64,000 nucleotides of DNA, taken from positions 1-64,000 of IMG/VR virus record IMGVR_UViG_3300028888_000115, one strand, 5' to 3'. Source of the DNA: a virus. Its lineage: Duplodnaviria; Caudoviricetes. Below the pieces are notes generated by a model. That model was not told the origin of the DNA and did no database searches. It saw only the letters and a list, made by a program, of their open reading frames with translations. Below, piece after piece: positions 8,850 to 18,248 of the stretch (positions within the stretch are counted from its first letter, which is position 1; every line of letters begins with the position of its first letter). The position numbers and the translations under genes were made by a program.

Positions 8850-9749
8850 ATGGCTGGATACTTTACGGTGGATACCGCTTTTTGGTCAGATCCAGACGTA
8901 GCCGACAACTACACGCCCGAGGATAAATATTTTTACTTGTATCTTCTGACGTGTCCAAATGCAAACATTTCTGGATGTTATGAAATCAGCACAAAACAGA
9001 TGTCCTATGATACCGGCTACAGCAGAGAAACAATTGAACGCTTGATAGATCGTTTTCTTTCTGTTCACAGAGTCATCGATTACAGCAAAGAAAACAAAGA
9101 GGTTCTTGTTTGCAACTGGGGAAAGTATCACTGGACGAGCTCTCCAAAATATATTAAGGCACTAAAAAGCAAGATAGAAGACATAAAAACAGAAAAATTC
9201 AGAAAATTCTTAACAATACTACTCAAAAACTTCGAAAACGCAGATGAAAGAAATACTGTATGGATACCGTATCAATACGGTATGGATACATCATTTACTT
9301 CTTCAGATTCATATACATCTTCAGTTACCTCTTCTGAAAAGGATATAGGGGGTGTGGGGGGAGAAGGTGACGACGACCTTGTCTCTCAAAAGAAGAATGA
9401 CGACATCGTCGCACAGGCCAAGACGGTGATCGACGTTTGGAATTCGGAGAGCTGCCTGCCTGAGATCAAGAGATGTAGCCCGAGCTCCGAGCGCGGAAAG
9501 ATGCTGATTGCGAGAATCAAAGAATATGGCGTTGACGATGTTATCGAGGCGGTTCACCTCGCAGGGAACAGCAAGTTCCTCTTGGATGCAGCGTGGTTTG
9601 ATTTCAGCTGGTTCGTCAAGCCGAATAATTTCATCAAGGTTCTCGAAGGAAAATATAACAGACAGTCGTCGCTGGTAGAGGAATTTACGGGGAATATGTT
9701 TTTTGACAACGCGAAAGAGATGGTACGGAATGAACGTTTTGGAAGCTAA
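8850..9749 (+). CDS. Replication initiator / replisome organizer
   Basis: FWSDPDVADNYTPEDKYFYLYLLTCP N-term; WFDFSWFVKPNNFIKVLEGKYN C-term; internal repeats. Confidence 0.8.
   Translation: MAGYFTVDTAFWSDPDVADNYTPEDKYFYLYLLTCPNANISGCYEISTKQMSYDTGYSRETIERLIDRFLSVHRVIDYSKENKEVLVCNWGKYHWTSSPKYIKALKSKIEDIKTEKFRKFLTILLKNFENADERNTVWIPYQYGMDTSFTSSDSYTSSVTSSEKDIGGVGGEGDDDLVSQKKNDDIVAQAKTVIDVWNSESCLPEIKRCSPSSERGKMLIARIKEYGVDDVIEAVHLAGNSKFLLDAAWFDFSWFVKPNNFIKVLEGKYNRQSSLVEEFTGNMFFDNAKEMVRNERFGS
9258..9289. repeat. Iteron-like repeats in initiator gene (candidate origin)
   Basis: GTATGGATAC at 9258 and 9280; GATACCGTATC palindrome at 9263; AT-rich tract upstream. Confidence 0.5.
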
Positions 9750-10491
9750 TCTGATTCTTGGAACTCTGCAGTCTGCGTTCCCAAGCTTCTATCGAGGAAT
9801 CAAGCAGAAGGCCGCGCAGGACATCGCTGACCTTTGGGCAAAGATGTTTGAAGACGACGACTTCAAGGCGGTTATGGCTTCTGTGCAGGCTCTAATTGCC
9901 ACAAGGACAGAAGGGTATCCACCGACAATCGGCGAAGTGAAAGAAAAACTTGCAAAAATCAGGGGAGTGGACGGCCTTTCCGAGCAGGAAGCTTGGGCGC
10001 TGGTCAGCAAAGCCTGCCAAAACGGCTACTACCACTCTGTTGAAGAGTTTGAAAAGCTTCCGGACGTTATCCAGAGATCCATCGGTGGACCAGAGCAGTT
10101 AAAGGCATGGGCTCAGATGGACGCCGCAACTGTTGAGAGTGTTGTTGCCTCGAACTTCATGCGGACGTTCAAAGCAAAGCGGAAACAGCAGAAAGAGCTC
10201 GAAATGATGCCGACAGAGGTCAAGAACTACATGGCGGCGGTTGCAGACAAAATGCAGATCGGCGGGCCGGAGCATAAGAAACTGGAAGAGCCAAAACAGA
10301 GGGCTATCGAAGCTCCGAAGCTTGAAACAATGGTATTGCCGGACGTGAAGAAAAACCTTCCAAAACCGGACCTCCCGACACCAAAGCCGTACAAGGCACC
10401 CTCTGGCGCAGATTGGGAAAAGAAGCGCGAGGAGGCCATGGAAAAGCTGAATGCGGTAAAGAAAACGAAAGAGGCCTCGGCAAATGGCTGA
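9730..10491 (+). CDS. Helicase loader/inhibitor (G39P-like N-terminus)
   Basis: ILGTLQSAFPSFY...ADLWAKMFEDDDF...YPPTIGEV...EAWALV. Confidence 0.7.
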   Translation: MNVLEANLILGTLQSAFPSFYRGIKQKAAQDIADLWAKMFEDDDFKAVMASVQALIATRTEGYPPTIGEVKEKLAKIRGVDGLSEQEAWALVSKACQNGYYHSVEEFEKLPDVIQRSIGGPEQLKAWAQMDAATVESVVASNFMRTFKAKRKQQKELEMMPTEVKNYMAAVADKMQIGGPEHKKLEEPKQRAIEAPKLETMVLPDVKKNLPKPDLPTPKPYKAPSGADWEKKREEAMEKLNAVKKTKEASANG

Positions 10492-11854
10492 TGCAGTGCA
10501 CGATGCGAAGCGGCTTCTGGAACTGCAAGCCCTTCCGTTGGAACGGAAGATCCAGATATCGCAGGCGAGGATCATTGAATGGTATAAGCACTACGATGGA
10601 AAAGTCGTCGTAAGTTTCAGCGGCGGAAAAGACTCGACGGTACTTTTGCACATGGTCCGTCAATTATATCCGGGTGTCAAGGCCGTGTTCAGCAACACAG
10701 GACTCGAATATGCTTCCATCCAACGACACGTCAAAACATTTGACAACGTAGACATCATAGTCCCGCCTATGCGGTTTGATCAGGTAATTAGCATGTATGG
10801 TTATCCGCTGATTTCAAAAGAGGTTGCTGAGGCGATCTACTATGCCAGAAGAATTCGTTCACAAAACGGTAAAGTAGAGAGAGAGAGAGAGCCGAACAAC
10901 GAGCCGCAAACGGCGAGAACTCAGCGGACAGAGACTCTACAGCAGCGAGAGAGTCCAGAGAAGAAAAGGTTACAGAAAGGTTACGGAATCGGGGGGGGGT
11001 GGAAACAAGACCTTCCGAGTCAGACCGAAGATCAAGTTGCCACCAGACAGAAAAATACTCTCATCCAGACGAGCGTTGCAAGGAACAGACGAACCGTCTT
11101 GAGCGGGAAACTGACTGGCACGACTGGAGAAGGGGGTGTCTTTAGCAAGCCCGAAGAACAGTTCGGTCAGAAGTCGCAATTTAACAAGGAAAAATGGCTC
11201 CCTATGGTCTATGCTCCCTTCATGATCTCCCACATGTGCTGCGCAAAAATGAAAAAGGGGCCAATGTTAAAGTATCAGCATCAAAGCGGTCTCTATCCGA
11301 TTATCGGAACGCTGGCAGAAGAAAGCCGGATGAGAAAACAGGGATGGATAAGGCACGGATGCAATGCATTTGACAGCAAGAAGCCATCAAGCCAGCCTTT
11401 GTCGTTTTGGACCGAACAAGACATCTTAACGTATCTCGTGAAGTACAACGTAACGATTGCAAGTGTTTACGGTGACATCGTACACATAGACAAATCGACC
11501 GGAGCGGAGTACTCAGCGGTAGATATGTTCGGGAATGTAGGATGCAACCTGAAATGCACAAAGTGTGATCGCACAGGATGCGTGTACTGTGGCTTTGGAT
11601 TTCACAACGATGGTGAGAAAACGAGGTTTCAGTTACTTGCGATAGAAGAGCCAAGGAAATACGAATACAGTTTGAATGGCGGTCAGTGGGCGGATAACCC
11701 GTATTACGACCCTGCGGCACCGAAATTTGACGGCTCATGGAGAAATTGGAATCCGAAAAAGATATGGGTCCCGTCAAAGCAAGGCCTTGGCATGAGGGTG
11801 GTTTTTGATTACGCGAACGAACTGTATGGCAAGGATTTTTACAGGTATGAGTGA
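10484..11854 (+). CDS. Phosphoadenosine phosphosulfate reductase-family protein
   Basis: VSFSGGKDSTVLLH, SNTGLEY, CCAKMKKGP, SQPLSFWTEQD, RTGCVYCGFG; low-complexity insertion. Confidence 0.88.
   Translation: MADAVHDAKRLLELQALPLERKIQISQARIIEWYKHYDGKVVVSFSGGKDSTVLLHMVRQLYPGVKAVFSNTGLEYASIQRHVKTFDNVDIIVPPMRFDQVISMYGYPLISKEVAEAIYYARRIRSQNGKVEREREPNNEPQTARTQRTETLQQRESPEKKRLQKGYGIGGGWKQDLPSQTEDQVATRQKNTLIQTSVARNRRTVLSGKLTGTTGEGGVFSKPEEQFGQKSQFNKEKWLPMVYAPFMISHMCCAKMKKGPMLKYQHQSGLYPIIGTLAEESRMRKQGWIRHGCNAFDSKKPSSQPLSFWTEQDILTYLVKYNVTIASVYGDIVHIDKSTGAEYSAVDMFGNVGCNLKCTKCDRTGCVYCGFGFHNDGEKTRFQLLAIEEPRKYEYSLNGGQWADNPYYDPAAPKFDGSWRNWNPKKIWVPSKQGLGMRVVFDYANELYGKDFYRYE
10876..10891 (+). repeat. (AG)8 microsatellite inside CDS
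   Basis: Read directly; encodes ERERE. Confidence 0.9.
10991..10999 (+). repeat. G9 homopolymer inside CDS
   Basis: Read directly. Confidence 0.9.
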
Positions 11855-11865
11855 AGGGGACGAGT

Positions 11866-12225
11866 ATGGGAAAGAAGAAAAACGGCGTCAAGAAAGGTTC
11901 ATACCAAGCGCAGACATATTCCAGACGAGTTAACGCGGCGAGAGAGGCGACCAACCTGACAATATTCCAAGATGGTATGCAGCACGCGATTGATATTACA
12001 TCGATGGTCTTGCACAAGACCTTCGGCTTTGGACCTGAACGGCTGAAAAAGTTTGGAGACGGGTTTCAGGATAAATTCTCTGAGATTCAGCAGTATTCCA
12101 GAGAGGACAGGGCGGATGACAAGGACCAATGGTATTCCGAGGAGCGCTTCGAGAACGAACTGAAAGAAGCGTGGGGACCTTACTACACGCCGAGAGCTAT
12201 CCGGTATGACGAAGACAAGCTTTGA
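11866..12225 (+). CDS. Hypothetical phage protein
   Basis: VLHKTFGFGPERLKKF motif; RBS. Confidence 0.7.
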   Translation: MGKKKNGVKKGSYQAQTYSRRVNAAREATNLTIFQDGMQHAIDITSMVLHKTFGFGPERLKKFGDGFQDKFSEIQQYSREDRADDKDQWYSEERFENELKEAWGPYYTPRAIRYDEDKL

Positions 12226-12508
12226 GCCGAGCTTCGATCTGTGTTACGTCCAAGGGTACACCGCAGCACTGCAGGACGTGCTGGAAGTCTTCGCAAACAT
12301 TCAAATGGACCTCAAACGCCACAGCAGAAAGCAGAACTACAAAACCTACAAGGGAATTGTAGAGTGTATGCTGGAAAACCGGACGATCCTGAGAGAGACG
12401 GCGGACTCATTTGTGAGGTGCACGGATCGGAACGATACCGGCTATGAAATCTGGCGGGAAGCATGGTCAAGGGCCGAAGAGGAAAACAAGAATGAGCAGC
12501 GAGTTTGA
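12206..12508 (+). CDS. Hypothetical protein
   Basis: Overlapping operon structure. Confidence 0.65.
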   Translation: MTKTSFEPSFDLCYVQGYTAALQDVLEVFANIQMDLKRHSRKQNYKTYKGIVECMLENRTILRETADSFVRCTDRNDTGYEIWREAWSRAEEENKNEQRV

Positions 12509-13094
12509 AGAAACGGTACGATCTCTACAATCATTTACTGGCGGGAAGAAATATCAAACGATATATGCCGACCCGCCGTGGCGCTTTCAAAATCGGACTG
12601 GAAAAGTCGCGCCAGAGCACAAGCGCCTGAGCAGATACAAAACGATGAGCTTGGAAGATATAAAAGCTCTTCCGGTTTGTGAGTTATCAGACGACAAAGC
12701 TCATTTATACCTGTGGGTACCGAACGCAATTCTTCCAGATGGATTAGCTGTGATGGATGCGTGGGGATTCGAATACAAAGGAAATCTTGTTTGGGAGAAG
12801 GTTCGAAAGGACGGGGGACCAGATGGCCGGGGAGTGGGCTTCTACTTCCGGAATGTGACAGAGATTCTGCTTTTCGGAATCAAGAGAAAAAGCATGCCAA
12901 ATCGGACACTCGCCCCTGCAAGATCGCAAGTCAATCTGATCCGTGCTCAAAAGCGTGAGCACAGCCGTAAACCGGATGAGTTTATATCTTTGATTGAAGC
13001 ATGTTCGCAGGGGACAAGAATAGAATTATTCAGTCGTGAGCTTCGCTCCGGTTGGGATTGCTGGGGTGATCAGGTGGACATGCATACGGAATAA
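12492..13094 (+). CDS. MT-A70 family adenine methyltransferase
   Basis: YQTIYADPPW, LYLWVPN, WGFEYKGNLVWEK, EHSRKP, IELFSR, GWDCWGDQ. Confidence 0.92.
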   Translation: MSSEFEETVRSLQSFTGGKKYQTIYADPPWRFQNRTGKVAPEHKRLSRYKTMSLEDIKALPVCELSDDKAHLYLWVPNAILPDGLAVMDAWGFEYKGNLVWEKVRKDGGPDGRGVGFYFRNVTEILLFGIKRKSMPNRTLAPARSQVNLIRAQKREHSRKPDEFISLIEACSQGTRIELFSRELRSGWDCWGDQVDMHTE

Positions 13095-13103
13095 AAATGT
13101 CGA

Positions 13104-14099
13104 ATGGAAAATGAGCGGAAGATTCTACAGGGAGATGCCCTGACAAAACTCAAAGAGATCCCGGACGAAACGGCTGACATGTGTGTGACATCGCCACCGT
13201 ACTACGGACTCCGGTCATATAACGTGGACGGACAGATCGGCTTGGAGGATACACCGGATCAATACATCTCAGCGCTGGCAGATGTCTTTGATGAGGTCAA
13301 GAGAGTCCTCAAACCGGACGGAACGCTCTGGGTTAACATCGGAGATAGCTACGCAGGAAGCGGGAAGGGCGCGTGGGAAAACAAGGAAGCGCAAAAGGAA
13401 AGCTACGTTCCAGACAGCGACTCTCCGCAATGCAAGATGCCAAAAACATGGGATGGAATCAAAGCAAAAGACCTGATTGGGATTCCATGGATGCTTGCAT
13501 TTGAGCTCCGAAAGCGTGGCTGGTATCTGAGGCAGGACATTATTTGGGAAAAATTGAACCCGGTCCCAGAAAGCGTGATGGACCGATGCACGAAATCTCA
13601 TGAGTATATCTTCCTACTTTCCAAACAGAGCCGATACTACTTCGACCATGACGCGATGCAGGAACCGGCAGTCAAGGCTGCTGCGTTCGGCGAAAACCGC
13701 ACAACGCGATACGGCGGAAAGAAGTATTCTGACCGTCCGGAATCGTTCTACAGAACGAAAAGCGGGAATGCCTACAACTACACGGGGTACCGCAATAAGA
13801 GAGATGTATGGAGCGTTGCGACCAAACCGTTTATGGAAGCGCACTTCGCAACGTATCCGGAAGAACTGATCGCCCCGTGCATCTTGGCCGGAAGCCGCGA
13901 TGGAGGGACAGTTCTCGATCCGTTCAATGGCGCTGGGACAACAGGAGTTGTTTGCTTAAAAACTGGACGGAAATATCTCGGAATCGAACTGAATCCGGAA
14001 TACATCGACATCTCTGAAAAACGTCTGCAAAAAGTGAAAGAGCAGATTGAGTGGGAGAAAGCACAGATCAGCTTTTTCGATACGGAGGAAACAGCATAG
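13104..14099 (+). CDS. N4/N6 DNA methyltransferase (beta class)
   Basis: VTSPPYYGLR, HFATYPEELI, VLDPFNGAGTT. Confidence 0.93.
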   Translation: MENERKILQGDALTKLKEIPDETADMCVTSPPYYGLRSYNVDGQIGLEDTPDQYISALADVFDEVKRVLKPDGTLWVNIGDSYAGSGKGAWENKEAQKESYVPDSDSPQCKMPKTWDGIKAKDLIGIPWMLAFELRKRGWYLRQDIIWEKLNPVPESVMDRCTKSHEYIFLLSKQSRYYFDHDAMQEPAVKAAAFGENRTTRYGGKKYSDRPESFYRTKSGNAYNYTGYRNKRDVWSVATKPFMEAHFATYPEELIAPCILAGSRDGGTVLDPFNGAGTTGVVCLKTGRKYLGIELNPEYIDISEKRLQKVKEQIEWEKAQISFFDTEETA

Positions 14100-14930
14100 A
14101 TGACATTCGACTTGCAGAACGGCGACTGCCTGCAATTGCTGAAAAAGATACCGGATAAGAGCGTCAGTATGATTCTTGCAGATTTACCTTTCGGAACGAC
14201 GAAGGCGCACTGGGACCATCCGGTCCCGTTAGACAAGCTCTGGAAGCAATACGAGAGAATCATCAAGGACAACGGCGTGATTGCTTTGTGGGCGCAGTCC
14301 CCGTTCGACAAAACTCTCGCGTGCAGCAACATGAAGCTCTACCGGTATGAGTGGATCATTCAGAAGACAAGGCCAACCGGCTTCCTGAATGCAAAGAAAA
14401 TGCCGATGAAGGCGCATGAAAATGTCTTGATCTTCTACAAGTCGCTTCCAACGTATCATCCTCAGATGACACACGGGCACGAGAGAAAGGTTTCAACGGC
14501 TTACCAGAAGCGAAACAGCAAGAAGACGGAATGCTACGGCGACTATGGATTGACTACCTACGACAGTACGGACCGGTACCCTCTGGATGTCCTGAAATTC
14601 AAATGGGACACGCAGACGAGCAAAGGTCACAGTGCACAAAAGCCGGTAGCCGCGTGTGAATACTTCATCAGGACATATACAGACCCGGGAGATACGGTTT
14701 TGGATAACGTGATGGGCTACGGTTCTACCGCGATTGCAGCATACAACACGGGACGAAACTTTATCGGGATGGAACTGGACAAGGAAATCTTCAACAGCGC
14801 ATTGCTCAGAATATCGATACAGACAGGGAAAACAATCAAGGAACTTACAGGGGAGGTACAGAAGAGTGAAAGAGAAAATGCAGGAAGCAAAGGAGCAGGT
14901 GAGGCTGTTCTGGATATGCGCCAAGTATGA
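14100..14930 (+). CDS. N4/N6 DNA methyltransferase (beta class)
   Basis: ILADLPFGTT, HSAQKPVA, YTDPGDTVLDNVMGYGSTAIAA. Confidence 0.9.
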   Translation: MTFDLQNGDCLQLLKKIPDKSVSMILADLPFGTTKAHWDHPVPLDKLWKQYERIIKDNGVIALWAQSPFDKTLACSNMKLYRYEWIIQKTRPTGFLNAKKMPMKAHENVLIFYKSLPTYHPQMTHGHERKVSTAYQKRNSKKTECYGDYGLTTYDSTDRYPLDVLKFKWDTQTSKGHSAQKPVAACEYFIRTYTDPGDTVLDNVMGYGSTAIAAYNTGRNFIGMELDKEIFNSALLRISIQTGKTIKELTGEVQKSERENAGSKGAGEAVLDMRQV

Positions 14931-15027
14931 TGTCAAGAGCGCGATTCTGGCGACGAAGATCCAGATTATGAGGCTAAAAATTGCTCTGGCAAAGAAAGCG
15001 GTGGAGGTACTTCGCGATGAGCTATGA
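14866..15027 (+). CDS. Small hypothetical protein
   Basis: GGGGAGG RBS plus GTG; overlaps MTase C-terminus. Confidence 0.35.
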   Translation: MKEKMQEAKEQVRLFWICAKYDVKSAILATKIQIMRLKIALAKKAVEVLRDEL

Positions 15028-15595
15028 TATTTCCCTCAAAGACCCAGTGACAAAAAAGACGATTGAGCTTAACGAACCGCACTTCATGCAGGGCGGCACG
15101 TATGCGATGGGCGGAACGAAAGAGCTCTGGCTGAACATCACGTATAATTATGGCCTTTACTACTACGAGGCGACGGACAAAGACCCGAGATTCGCCCACG
15201 ACGAGGTCTCCTGCTATTACGCGGACGGAACGAAGGGCCCGATCGAAACAGAGTACGGAATTCGCGGAATCTACGGAAAAACCGGCGCGGAATCGATCCC
15301 GATGCTGGAAGACATGATTCGACGCATTACGGAGAAGTACCAGAAGGACGGCGAGTGGATTGAGACCGAGCGCACAAAAGCCAGGTGGTACGATGAGAAC
15401 GGAAACGAGGTCGCAGACCCGTTCCACATGATCCTGCAAGGAAAGAATGTGACGAAGGAAGAGTACACGGTCATGGTTTCCGAGGGAGACACTGACGACT
15501 ACTGGGAAGCCACGGCAGTCAACGCAATCAAGCCGCTGCACCAGCTGATTGCGATGGCAAAAATGAGACCGGACGGTGTGTGGGATGGAGATTGA
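15017..15595 (+). CDS. Conserved phage hypothetical protein
   Basis: MSYDISLKDPVT...LNITYNY...DYWEATAVNA...MRPDGVWDGD. Confidence 0.75.
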   Translation: MSYDISLKDPVTKKTIELNEPHFMQGGTYAMGGTKELWLNITYNYGLYYYEATDKDPRFAHDEVSCYYADGTKGPIETEYGIRGIYGKTGAESIPMLEDMIRRITEKYQKDGEWIETERTKARWYDENGNEVADPFHMILQGKNVTKEEYTVMVSEGDTDDYWEATAVNAIKPLHQLIAMAKMRPDGVWDGD

Positions 15596-15971
15596 CGAGG
15601 TTTTCTTGGAAAAGGACGTCGAGCAAAGCCTTGAAAACATCCGGCAGACCTTGGAACACCAGAAGCAGACCATAGAGGATCTGAGAAAGCGCCTGCGGGA
15701 GTATGACAAGGACGCCGAAATCGTGAAGAGAGACCAGAGAATCCGGGACCTGTATGATCACTCTTTGCAGCAGATGACAGACCTTGAGGTTCGGCGTGCA
15801 AGAGAATTCAGGGGAAAGCATCTTGCGCGATGCTGCGGGAACGGAAAATACAAGGGGCGAGGGAACACATGGGTTTACACTCTGACCGGAACCGGAATAG
15901 GAACCTGCATAGAAATCATGTGCCCGGTCTGCGGAGAATCGGAAGACATCACAGATACCGATTCGTGGTAA
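15585..15971 (+). CDS. Hypothetical protein with C-terminal CPVC
   Basis: TGTGIGTCIEIMCPVCGESEDITD. Confidence 0.7.
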   Translation: MEIDEVFLEKDVEQSLENIRQTLEHQKQTIEDLRKRLREYDKDAEIVKRDQRIRDLYDHSLQQMTDLEVRRAREFRGKHLARCCGNGKYKGRGNTWVYTLTGTGIGTCIEIMCPVCGESEDITDTDSW

Positions 15972-16014
15972 ACGGAAACGGGCCGAATTGAAACGCTTGG
16001 AGGCTTAGAAGCAC

Positions 16015-16518
16015 TTGGATACGTCCAAACAGCAAAACTCAATACGAGGCGTTTCTGAGCCTCCTGACGGAATTGCGAGATTCACGGTGTACGGAGAGCC
16101 AGTTCCCAAATTGAGAGCCAGAACTGTCAGGCAACAAACAAAATCGGGGAAAACTGTCACGCACAGCTATACACCAGAAAAGACTGAGATTCAAGAATTC
16201 AATGTCGTGATGGTGTACAAGTCAATATACCGGGGATTCGGCTTTGACGCGGATGTCCCGCTGCGTGTCGTCGTGACATTTTTTCTTCAGATTCCGAAGT
16301 CAACCAGCAAAATCAGAAAGCAACGGATGCTGTCTGGACTTGTCAGGCCAACGAAACGACCGGATGTTGAAAATGTGGCAAAGCTGATCATGGATGCGCT
16401 TAACACTGTTGCATATCATGACGATTCGCAGATCGTGGAACTTGAAGTGAGAAAGTTCTATTCGGACCAGCCGAGAACGGAGATATTCATAGCGAGGATC
16501 GGCGATGAAAACGAATGA
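16015..16518 (+). CDS. rusA: RusA-family Holliday junction resolvase
   Basis: GEPVPKLRAR, PTKRPDVENVAKLIMDALN..AYHDDSQIV. Confidence 0.92.
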   Translation: MDTSKQQNSIRGVSEPPDGIARFTVYGEPVPKLRARTVRQQTKSGKTVTHSYTPEKTEIQEFNVVMVYKSIYRGFGFDADVPLRVVVTFFLQIPKSTSKIRKQRMLSGLVRPTKRPDVENVAKLIMDALNTVAYHDDSQIVELEVRKFYSDQPRTEIFIARIGDENE

Positions 16519-16849
16519 ATACGGAACTCAAATTGACCGGAACGGGTATGCGCCAAGCGTTGTGGAATCTGATCAGACGCGGTGCATGCTGTGCGGAAAG
16601 CGAAACTGCAAGCTGGACCGGCACGAGCCTTTCAACGGGCCCCTGAGAGAAAAGAGCAAGCGTCTTGGAATGTGGGTTCTGATCTGCCACGAGTGTCATC
16701 AGGGAACGGACGGAGCACACAGCAGCGGAAGCAAGGCACGAAAACTGAAAGCAATCACCCAGTACAGCGCCATGAAGCATTACGGATGGTCAATGCAAGA
16801 GTGGCACCATGCGTTCGGAAAAAGCTTTCTGGACGATAGCGATCTTTAA
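16505..16849 (+). CDS. Small Zn/HNH-like phage protein
   Basis: CMLCG..DRHEPFNG..REKSKRLGMWVLICHECH. Confidence 0.65.
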   Translation: MKTNEYGTQIDRNGYAPSVVESDQTRCMLCGKRNCKLDRHEPFNGPLREKSKRLGMWVLICHECHQGTDGAHSSGSKARKLKAITQYSAMKHYGWSMQEWHHAFGKSFLDDSDL

Positions 16850-16938
16850 TCTGACAACAGAGGACGGAACGGAAGCAGGCAAAAGCGGAAGGTAAAGAAT
16901 CTTATGAACAGGATAATTCTTTACAGGGAGGCTTTTGC

Positions 16939-17421
16939 ATGTACAAGAGTCAGGCTGATGCGGTCAAAGAATGGCTGCAGGCATATCTGAAGGGCGTAAA
17001 GAAAGTCGACGACATGCTGGAACGACTCCGCACAATCCAAGCAAGGATGAAGAGCGTCGGCGCACAGGAGTTATCAGATATGCCGAGACCACCGAGCGCT
17101 CCAAAGGACAGAATGGCCGAGTACGTTGTCCAATGTGAGTCTTTGGAGCTTGCGATCAAGAAAGAATCACACGAATTGGAATTGTGCAGGCAGAACATCA
17201 TGGACCTGACCGGACAACTCAAGAAACCGGATGCCTGCACCATGATCCGGTACAGGTACCTCTATGGGTACGAGTGGTCCGAGATTATGGCGAAGCTCTA
17301 TAGCGAACGAAAAGATCTCACAGAAAAAGAAAACGCCTATCGGCGTAAGATGTACCGGCTGCACGAATCGGCACTGAAGGAGATGGCGAAGCTGTGGAAC
17401 AAGAGCGAAAAATCGAGCTGA
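16939..17421 (+). CDS. ArpU/RinA-like late transcription activator
   Basis: KEWLQAY...LRTIQARM; MIRYRYLYGYEWSEIMAKL..LHESAL; position after rusA. Confidence 0.75.
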   Translation: MYKSQADAVKEWLQAYLKGVKKVDDMLERLRTIQARMKSVGAQELSDMPRPPSAPKDRMAEYVVQCESLELAIKKESHELELCRQNIMDLTGQLKKPDACTMIRYRYLYGYEWSEIMAKLYSERKDLTEKENAYRRKMYRLHESALKEMAKLWNKSEKSS

Positions 17422-17735
17422 GGAACACACTTTTCTGTTTGGAAGGCGATAACGTATACTTTCGTGGCCTTGACGCCGGTCGGCAGTGGGAAGGCTATGA
17501 GTGCCCGTTGTTCAACTTCTGGAATGCGAAAACAGCAGCGCGGTACATCTCAAATTCGAGCGTCGAGGTCTCTTTCGACAAAGAGCAAGGTGCGTTTATC
17601 GTATCCAAGCGCGGAGATCCGAACAAATACCTGCTGAGGATGTACAAGATCGAAAAGGAGGTCTATGTCGACTTCGGCGGTACAGGAAGATGGAAGAAAA
17701 TTGAGAAGGAAACAAAAGGGGAGGAGCAGAAATGA
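17394..17735 (+). CDS. Hypothetical protein
   Basis: WEGYECPLF motif; couples to next gene. Confidence 0.6.
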   Translation: MEQERKIELRNTLFCLEGDNVYFRGLDAGRQWEGYECPLFNFWNAKTAARYISNSSVEVSFDKEQGAFIVSKRGDPNKYLLRMYKIEKEVYVDFGGTGRWKKIEKETKGEEQK

Positions 17736-18232
17736 GAGTAACATCCGCAGAGGCGAACAAGATCCTCAGAACGAAGCAGGATGAACTGAATGCTTTGAAA
17801 GCTGTGGAAAACAAAAGCGCGGTCTTCGTCGCGGCGACGACCGAGGATGTCGAGGCGGCGAGACCGGAGTACGACATCAAATCGGTGCAGGAGAAGATTG
17901 TAAACGCGCAGGCCGAGATCCGGAAACTGAAGCACGCAATCAATCTGTTCAATGTGAGCCACAAGCCGGAAGGGTTTGACATGACGGTCGACGAAATGCT
18001 GATCTATATCCCGCAGCTTACCAGCATGAAAGGCAAATATCAAGGCATGGCAAGCAGGCTTCCGAAAACAAGGCGGGAATCCGGATACAGCAGAAGCGGC
18101 CTGATCGAGTATGAGTATGCCAACTATGATCCGGCTTTTGCACAAGAGCAGCTTGACCGGATAACCGACGAGCTTTCCAGAGCGCAACTGGCTTTGGACA
18201 AGCTCAATACGACGGAAACCTTCGAGATCTGA
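17732..18232 (+). CDS. Helical protein, tentatively DIP1984/DUF6847-like
   Basis: VTSAEANKILR...RPEYDI...IRKLKHAINLFN...YEYANYD...AQLALDKLN. Confidence 0.7.
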   Translation: MRVTSAEANKILRTKQDELNALKAVENKSAVFVAATTEDVEAARPEYDIKSVQEKIVNAQAEIRKLKHAINLFNVSHKPEGFDMTVDEMLIYIPQLTSMKGKYQGMASRLPKTRRESGYSRSGLIEYEYANYDPAFAQEQLDRITDELSRAQLALDKLNTTETFEI

Positions 18233-18248
18233 TTTGAAGTATATTCCG

